A stretch of 64,000 nt of DNA from Octopus vulgaris. Taxonomy: Eukaryota. Position numbers and translations under genes: made by a program. The stretch is taken from NCBI GenBank assembly GCA_951406725.2, contig OX597825.1:25978001-26042000 (forward strand). Direction: 5' to 3'. Below are positions 53,115 to 64,000 of the stretch, piece after piece. Below the pieces are notes generated by a model. It did no database searches. It was not told where the DNA came from and saw only the letters and a list, made by a program, of their open reading frames with translations. Every line of letters begins with the position of its first letter. The first letter of the stretch is position 1.

Positions 53115-53508
53115 GGAGACGATCTGGCAGAAACGTTAGCACGCCGGGCGAAATGCTTAGAGTTCAAATTCCGCCGAGGACGACTTTGCCTTTCATCCTT
53201 TCAGGGACGATAAATTGAGTACCAGTTACGCACTGGGGTCGATGTAATCGACTTAATTTCTTTGTCTGTCCTTGTTTGTCCCCTCAACCTTTAGCCCATT
53301 GTGGGCAATAAAGAAATAAGAATCGTTAGCTCGGCGAACAAAATGTTTAGCAGCATTTTGTCTGTCACTACGTTCAGAGTTCAAATTCGTGCAGGTCAAT
53401 TTTAGCATTTCTTCCTTTTGGAGTCTATAAAACAAGTACCAGTTATATACCAGGGTCGATGTAATCGACTTGCCCTCTCCTCCGTTATTTCTGGCCTTGT
53501 GCAAGGTT
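53115..53508 (+). mobile_element. SINE family A dimer
   Basis: Junction AAAGAAATA|AGAATCGTTAGC near 53318; second monomer has the alternative tail. Confidence 0.88.
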
Positions 53509-54185
53509 TTGAAACTGATATTTGCTACTTCATCTAAATCAGATTGTCTTGAATATGTATCAAGTTTAAAAATATGTCCTATTCCACAGTGTCTATACCA
53601 AGTGCATTTCCTCAAACTTATTCTGCGAGGTTTCGTAAGAGGCCAAATCAAAATAATTGTGTCATTTCAGAAAATGGACACACCGTCTATGCCTTTACTA
53701 CAAACAACCTCATGAAAGCATGTCACATATTATAAATTTTTTTCGCCAGTTCTATGTACAACCACATCGATCCTAGCCGTCTTCGTCAAATAGTTTCTTA
53801 TTGTTTAGATAACCAAATATTAAACCTTGATGCTTCCATGTCCCCCTTATCAATGATGTCAGGCATCCTCTTTCCCTTGAAGCTTTTCCACTATAAATTC
53901 TAATATCTATTTAATATGGATCAGAAGTCGCAATATAGCGATGTTCGTTAGATAATGCCTCTTTAGCCATTTAAGGTTGATTCGGCATTTATTTTGCGCT
54001 CTAACTTAACACTAGCTGAACTCTTCTCTGAGATGAGATCTTTGTTCTTTTGCACTGATTATTTTCCTATGAGTCCTTTCAGCCAATATAAGTTATACCT
54101 ACGGGAACTATGTCAGAGAAATGTCTTGACCTAAATCTTCCTCCAACCGTATATATATGTATATATAGACAACCGTATATATATG

Positions 54186-54219
<34 letters not shown>

Positions 54220-54316
54220 GAAGAAGAAGAATAACAATAATAATATTAGGAGTAAACTCCAAACTTACAGGGAAAAAATGAATGGTTTTATCTCTAATTT
54301 ATATTTTATATATATA

Positions 54317-54363
<47 letters not shown>

Positions 54364-55104
54364 CGAATTTGTATTAACGCTAATACTTTGTCTATTGATG
54401 AATTCAATGCTTTAATTTCAGACATCATCCACTTCTTCCGCTGATATGGAATTCAACTCTACTATTATCCCCGACACTTTTCGTTGTACTTTCAACAAGT
54501 CAGTCTCAATAGGGATATTTAACAACATGACTTACGTCACCCTTTGCTTCTGTTTACATACGCACAATAAAACCACCATTTATTTTTGCAATGTCAAAAG
54601 CTAAGCCGACTATAGTGTGTTTGGGTATTCCTGCTTAATACAAAGAAATGCGTCACATTTTTATTGCATTGAGCTTCCTTGAACGCTAAGAAAATCTTAC
54701 GCTCAGCTGAGCTCTGAGGAAAGGCAAGAGTTCCGCCATAAGAGAGTTTAATAGACAATCAAGAATAAGATGACTCTTTCTACCACCTTATACTTGCAAT
54801 ATTTATCGATTAATCTCACTAACTTCTGTTTTTTTTTCCACATTTATTCCGCTTCACCACAAATTTCTTCACACATTTCGATTTTTCTCATTTTCTTATA
54901 AAAGTCATAAATGTCGGACCCCTTTCCGATATTTATTGAAGGACCCCTTTCCCCTGAAGGATATATCCATCATCTTTAGATTCTATTGATCCTGACGCCA
55001 CGAATGTCCCTTCATTCCTACTATTTATCGGAATTCTGAATGAATTTCTACGAAGGAGTTAAGCATGTACAGACACACACACACAACCACACGCATATGC
55101 CTAC

Positions 55105-55454
<350 letters not shown>

Positions 55455-55491
55455 GTAAAGTACACAATTCCTTACCTCTTAGTTATAGAAT

Positions 55492-55560
<69 letters not shown>

Positions 55561-56446
55561 CACAATATCTTTTCCTCTTTCATTTTCCACTACACAAACT
55601 AGACACAATTTTCTCTGCTCCTTCGATCCATTAATGTTACCTTTTCCTATCCTCTCATCCAGTCCGACTATCACCCTTAAGCCAATAATATTTTTCTGTA
55701 AAATTCTTTCTAATTTTTTTTTTTACTTTCAGTATAGTCACTTTAATAAGGTATTCTAATTCCTTCCTCTTCTGTCTCTCAGTGCCTCTCCCCACTGTCT
55801 CAATCTCACCGTGCTATAAGCGTCTTTTGAATATCATTTAACTAAAGAAATTTCAAACGTTTCTTTACTCTTTGACCTTTCACCACACTCAACAATGAAA
55901 AATCTATTTCGGTTGTTCTTTGTACGTAGGCTTACAAGGTGCGCGAATACCCTGGAGAAGTACCTTTTCCCTTCTTTGATCGTGGATCCTAATAACATTT
56001 CAAGAATTTTCCAATTTTATCGCTCTTGAAACATTCACATCTTTTTCTTCATCTACTGAAACTAACTATTTCTACATACCGCAAAGCTAGGTTTCACGCA
56101 TAATGCTTGTAGAAGCAGAGATAGCAACTAATTTTACATCACCTAAATCTGTACAATTCTTAACTCTCCTGTAATGAAGAGCCCAGCTGGAATCATGAGG
56201 ACTTCTCAATCCCTTACATAACTCATTCAAAATTTTCAAATGCATATTTAAATTTTTCTTCTTCTCGTTTTAGAAACTGGACTATGCTACATACTCAGGA
56301 CAGAACTTATTTATATGATGTTTTGTAAGATAATATAACTTCACAAGAGCAAAGTTCCTTAACGCGAACTGTCGAGTTAAATCTCATTGTGTCTGCGTGC
56401 TATTGACGCAGAAAAGTTTCGATCTGCGAAATACAGATTGTAAATA

Positions 56447-56850
56447 GGCACAGGAGAGACTGTGTGGTAAATAGCTTGCTTAACAACGACGTGGATCCGG
56501 GTTCAGTGCCATTGAGTGACACCTAGAGCAAGTGTCTTCTACTATAGCCTCGGGCCGACCAAAGCCTTGTCAGTGGATTTGGTAGATGGAAACTGAAAGA
56601 AACCCGTCGTATATATGTATGTGTGTGTGTGTCATTGTGTCTGTTTGAGCTTTCCCCCTAACATCGATTGACAACCAATGCTGGTGTGTTTACGTACTCG
56701 TAACCTAGTGGTTCGGCAAAAGAGACCGATAGAATAAGTACTAGGCTTACAAAGAATAAGTCATGTGGTCGATTTGCTCAACTAAAGGCGGTGCTCCAGT
56801 ATGGCCACAGTCAAATGACTGAAAGAAGTAAAAAAGTAAAGAGCAAAGAG
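56447..56850 (+). mobile_element. SINE family B, full length
   Basis: Head, short TA/TG spacer, 3' module and AAAGAG tail. Confidence 0.92.
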
Positions 56851-57532
56851 AGAAACATCCTAGTTTTGGATAATAATTGAATCCATTTGAGTTAATTTAT
56901 GCTATGCTACCACGACTTAATACCGCTGTAATAGCTTCCCAAATGCAATAAATAAATGCATTTCATTATTTTAAAAGTGTGACTATCTACTGACTGTCAA
57001 GTAATCGTTCAAGCGGTACTTAGTTTTAGTTTACGTAAACGTAACATCACACACGAAATTTCTCATTGTTACCAATTTTCAGTACTATAAGTAAATTTAA
57101 TTTCATACGGTTGGATAATATGTTGAAAGCATCTTTTATACTACTGTATAGAAACACAATGTACGAACTTCAAAACTGAGAGTATGTCGCCGTCACTATA
57201 TATTTCTAAGTTGAAGACCGTTCTGTTTTGTTTCATATATTTGTGAAGAAGTCAAGTAGACAAGAAGTCATTACAACAATTTTATTTTATTTGTTTCTGA
57301 AAAAAAAAATCAACCTTTGCATACAAATATTTGCTGGAATATGACCTGGTATATTTAATATGGCTTCTCTGTTTTATCAAGTCGGCCTCCAGACAATTCA
57401 TGACTAATTTTGCTTTTATTCACACAAAGCTAATGAAATAAGAGCCACTGATATATGCATATATATCTGTGTGTGTGTGCGCGCGTATTATTGTGTATGT
57501 GTGAGTGAGTGTGTGTATGTGCGTGTTGTGTA

Positions 57533-58345
<813 letters not shown>

Positions 58346-59008
58346 AACATATAAAAGAGATAATAATAAATCCTTACCGTTGAAGAAATACACATAATTA
58401 ATGGCTTCCAAACTTAATATGGAAGCGGAAAATAAAATGAATCGTATAAAATTTATGTTGATAAAAAGAATATCAGCAAGAACAAAAGGACTACCAAATC
58501 TTCAGCTTACAATATGCCGTACGGCTTGCTGATCTTGAGTCACAGGTCTGTAATCCGAGTGAGCTAAAATCAAAAGAGAATTTCTTCCATGATTCCTTAA
58601 TTAGTGACATCATAACTAAGATTAGGTATTCAAAATTCAGAACCTCCACTTATCTCTCTTTTATTTCTCTCCCCAAATTAATACACATGTCGTCTTTGTA
58701 CACGCAATTCTCGGTTAATTATCCGTTAGAGGTAAAACTTAAACTTTCCTTAAAGAATTTGAAAAAATATGTTCGACAAAATTTCGAAAGTAGATTAATT
58801 GTGTTTAATGAATATTAAAACTCGCCTTGTATTGAGAAATTTGTTCCGCAAAATCGTTACCTGTTTCTGTACTTTACTTATTTTTAAGAACCCTTATACA
58901 TCACAACTTACGCAAAAGACGCGTACATATATATACATGTATCAATAACTACGAAGACACATTCACACGCACATATATACATATACAGACATAAACACCT
59001 ACACGCAT

Positions 59009-59039
<31 letters not shown>

Positions 59040-59078
59040 CACACACACATATATATGTATGTATATATATATATGTAC

Positions 59079-59119
<41 letters not shown>

Positions 59120-59216
59120 TATACTTATATATATGTATATATATGTATACATGTACACACACACGTGACCATACGTATATATATATATGTGTATGTGTAT
59201 ATATATAAATAAATAA

Positions 59217-59252
<36 letters not shown>

Positions 59253-59946
59253 GCACATTTGTGCTTGTGTTTGTGTGTATATACACACAGAGAGGGAAAA
59301 AGAGAACGAGCGAGAGAAAGAGCGAGAAGGAAAGAGAAAAAGAGAGAATGAGAGAGAGAAAGAGAGTGAGAGAGAGGGATAGAGAGAGAGAGAGAGAGAG
59401 AGAAAGCAGAAGCAATAAATGTTAAGATTATTCTTGGCAAATAATATGATTAAACTACTTACAAGATATAGCATGTTAAGAAAAATAATTTTTGAAAAAT
59501 CATTTCAAAATCACATTTATGTTGCTCCATTGCATGCTGTATTTTGTAAGGAAATATAAAGACATTTAATCAAAACCTGAACATTTCATTTTTGTTTCTA
59601 CCAAATTATATTACCAAAAACGAAAAAATATTATCTTTCATAGGAAACATATCAAGACAAGCTATCGAAAACGTAATACAATCTCCTTCTCACTTCATCT
59701 CACCCAGAAAAAAAAGTGAAACTCTGTGCATACATGAAACGTTACTGATGCGTTAATAGAATTTATCTGCATGTCTTTCAGCAATATCAAGAAAAATATT
59801 ATTTTCCAGCTTATCTATCTTTGTAGCCAGTTGATACCAGCTTACGATTTTGCAAAGGCTAATTTCATTTGAGATCCACCCAAAAAGTTTGCCATCTAAT
59901 CAGAAAAGTCCCTCTGATATATATGATATATATATATATATATATA

Positions 59947-60061
<115 letters not shown>

Positions 60062-60067
60062 TACATG

Positions 60068-60135
<68 letters not shown>

Positions 60136-60151
60136 GTATATAAATATACAA

Positions 60152-60190
<39 letters not shown>

Positions 60191-60353
60191 CATATATTAT
60201 ATTAAATTAGAGATAAAACCACTAATATATAATAATAATATTCCCTAATGTTATTATTATATATACATATATATATATATGTATACATGTATATATATTT
60301 ATATATATATGTATATATATGTATATATATGTATGTATATATATATAGATATG

Positions 60354-60430
<77 letters not shown>

Positions 60431-60769
60431 ATATACATATATATATATGTATATACACATAAGTACGTACATATTAACACATACGTACACACGCACCCAT
60501 GCGTACGCATATACACATATACACACACATATATGTACATTAAAGTATGTTTATCACTGCAAGCATATATATAAATATGTAAGCATGTAATACATTTCTT
60601 TCTTATATTAATTATCTTAATGTGATAAGCAATGTTATGTTCACTTTTATACTTTAATTATCATTATCTTTTTGACGACTTTCGAAAAATTAGTCACTTT
60701 AACGTCAATTATCCACCTACCCTTCCTTCTATTTCCACCCCTGTCTTTCTCTCTTTGCCAGACTCTATT

Positions 60770-60803
<34 letters not shown>

Positions 60804-61077
60804 TCACAAACATACGCACACACATACATATATACATTCAACACATAATTTTTCATGCGCGCAAATGTCTGTTTTCATTTAATTATATTTTCCGGTGTGT
60901 ATGTATATCACCACGCACAAACACACACATACTCACACAGAAAGATATTTGGCACTTTTGGCTTTCGATGCAGGGTTACAAATATGAATTAATTTAGCTT
61001 CTCACTCTCTTCAGACCTAGTTTGTACGTGAAATGGCGATTCGAATGAAAGAAAATGAAGCGATGAATAACAGAAAG

Positions 61078-61217
<140 letters not shown>

Positions 61218-61823
61218 GGCGCAGGAGTGGCTGTGTGGTAAGTAACTTGGTAACCAACCACATGGTTCCGGGTTCAGTCCCACTGCGTGGCATCTTGGGC
61301 AATTGTCTTCTGCTATAGCCTCGGGCCGACCAAAGCCTTGTGAGTGGATTTGGTAGACGGAAACTGAAAGAAGCCTGTCGTATATATGTATATATATACA
61401 TATATATACATGTATGTGTGTGTGTCTGTATTTGTCCCTATAGCATTGCTTGACAACCGATGCTGGTGTGTTCGGCAAAAGATACCGATAGAATAAGTAC
61501 TAGGCTTACAAAGAATAAGTCCCGGGGTGGATTTGCTCGACTAAAGGCGGTGTTCCAGCATGGCCGCAGTCAAATGACTGAGAGTACATATACATATAAA
61601 TATATATGTATATGTATATGTGTATATACATACACACATATAAATATGTATATATATTATATGGCGCAGGAGAGGGAGTGTAGTAAGAAGGTTACTTCCA
61701 ACCACATACTTCCAGGTTTAGACCCGCTGCGTAGTACCTTATGCGAGTGTTTTCTACTATATCCTCGTGCCGACCAAAGCCTTGTGAGGGGATTTGGTAG
61801 ACGGAAACTGAAAGAAGCCCATC

Positions 61824-61902
<79 letters not shown>

Positions 61903-62292
61903 AATATATATATAAACGTATATGTATGTATTTATTCTTTACGTCTGAGTTTGTTCCCACCACCATCGCTTGACAACCGATGCTGATGTGTTTACGTTCC
62001 CGTAACGTAGCGGTTCGGCAAAAAGAGACGATAGAATAAGTACTGGATTTATAAAGAATATGTCCTCGGGTCATTATATATATATATATATATAAGTTGC
62101 TATTAAAAGAATCCCGTCGTATATACATACGACGGGATTCTTTCAGTTTCCGTCTACCAAACCCACTCACATGGCTTTGGTCGGCTCGAGGCTATAGTAG
62201 AAGACACTTTCCCAAGGTGCCACGCAGTGGAACTGAACCCGGAACCATGTCGTTGGTAAGCAGGCTACTTACCACACAGCCACTCCTGCGCC
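61218..62292. mobile_element. Cluster of three SINE family B copies (61218-61581 +, 61663-62070 +, 62128-62292 - head only)
   Basis: Each begins GGCGCAGGAG and carries the ACCAAAGCC.TGTGAG.GG.TTTGGTAGACGGAAACTGAAAGAA segment. Confidence 0.92.
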
Positions 62293-63089
62293 TTTTATGT
62301 GTTTGTGTTATGTGTAGTATTGCGTATTCAGAAAAGCGATGTTGAAGAATGGTTCGACACTGCATATGATAAACGTATTGGGAAATGGGACGTAATTTAA
62401 TGTCTTGCTTTTTGCTCGGAAAGAGATGGAGTGGGTCACCAGCATTTTAGAGAGGCTCCGTGTGGAGTGGGAGGGAAAGTGAAAGGTATTTAACACTGGG
62501 GATCTGGCAACAATTCTTGCAAGAAGCTGAGTGCTATCAAAGTCAGTGAAAGTATCAAGCGGCGGTACTTAACCTGAAGTCATATGCAATGGAAGGGGTC
62601 GCAATCAAAGATACTGTGGTGGGAGCTGCGCTGAGAAAGACCAAAAAAATGTCTGGATTATATACCGAAAAACATTCTACCGTTTCAGCCAGTTGACCTT
62701 CTTATAAGGTGTTTTTAATTGTAGGACCAGGTACGATTGCAATTAAATTTGGCATTGGCGGTTTGAGATCATAGAAAATCGGAATAAAAACCCTAATGCA
62801 TTGCGTCTAACACTAACAGAAACACCAATATCCATTGTTCATATCTAGAGAAAATACCCTCATCGTATATATATTTTGGTGTTATGATATGAGTGGAGCG
62901 TCAATTTCCCTCCTCTCTGTTTCGTTCTCTTCCTCTCTCTCTCTAGCGGTGTAAAGTTATTGCATATACCAATTTACATATTAAACGCATCCCTAGAAGC
63001 TGGTACGTTAATACAAATGACTGGTAGGTACGTGGTATTCCGTTATGCAACCGTAATATATCACAAAGTATGTTAAATGATTTTATAAA

Positions 63090-63688
63090 GGCGGTAAGCT
63101 GGCAGAAACGTTAGCACGTCGGGCGAAATGCGTAGCGGTATTTCGTCTGCCGGTACGTTCTGAGTTCAAATTCTGCTGAGGTCGAATTTGCCTTTCATCC
63201 TTTCGGGGTCGATTAAATAAGTACTAGTTACGCACTGGGGTGAATATAATCGACCTAATCTGTTTGTCTCTCCTTGTTTGTCCTCTCTGTGTTTAGCCCC
63301 TTGTGGGTAGTAAAGAAATAGGTATTTCGTCTGCCGGTACGTTCTGAGTTCAAATTCCACCGAGGTAGAGTTTGCCTTTCATCCTTTCGGGGTACCAGTT
63401 ACGCACTGGGGTCGATATAATCGACTTAATCCGTTTGTCTGTCCTTGTTTGTCCCCTCTACGTTTAGCCCATTGTGGGCAGTAAAGAAATAAGAAATCTT
63501 AGCACGTCGTGCGAAATGCTTAGCCGTATTTTGTCTGACTTTATGTTCTAAGTTCAACTTACACCGATGTCAACTTTGCCTTTCATCCTTTCGGGTTTGA
63601 TAAATTAAATACCAGTTGCGTACTGGAACCGATTTAATCGATTAAGTCCCTCCCCCGGAATTTGGGGCCTTGTGCCTAGAATAGAAAA
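63090..63688 (+). mobile_element. SINE family A trimer
   Basis: Junctions at 63320 (AAAGAAATA|GGTATTTCG) and 63491 (AAAGAAATA|AGAAATCTTAGC); possible TSD AAAGTATGTTAAA / AAAGTGTATTAAA. Confidence 0.9.
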
Positions 63689-64000
63689 GTGTATTAAACA
63701 TCATCATAAGTCAACATCATGTTCCACTGCGTCAACAGTGTGCTTTTACATTGTTGTTAAAGTTATTTCTGCAGATATTCTACAGAAATTCTGGCGGGCA
63801 CTGATTTTTGTTACGACCTTTCGTATATGTGACATCGGATGTAAAAAAAAATAGTATATCATGTTTACATAACGAAATTCGAAGCACCTACAAATCATTA
63901 CTGCACACACACACACACACACACGCACACACACACACACATATATATATATACGTATGTGTGAGTAAACATACATTCGTACATGTATATTATGTATATA

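Overview
AT-rich, microsatellite-saturated animal non-coding DNA (intron or intergenic). The SINE families resemble those I recall from octopus, which is an inference. I recognise no host protein-coding gene; nearly all listed ORFs are translations of simple repeats. The window is a mosaic of two abundant tRNA-derived SINE families (one forming TSD-flanked trimers), decayed CR1-like, R4/Dong-like and Penelope-like retrotransposons, mariner/pogo/hAT remnants, and several fold-back (palindromic) insertions. The most interesting signal is a set of at least five unrelated hammerhead-ribozyme (HHR) motifs in short non-coding elements. These include a near-canonical type I HHR in a 497-bp tandem unit (38.5-39.4 kb, retrozyme- or Penelope-pLTR-like) and a tRNA-headed SINE ending in an HHR (55.1-55.45 kb). 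All folds and alignments were done by eye, and element boundaries are approximate unless a TSD or TIR is quoted.
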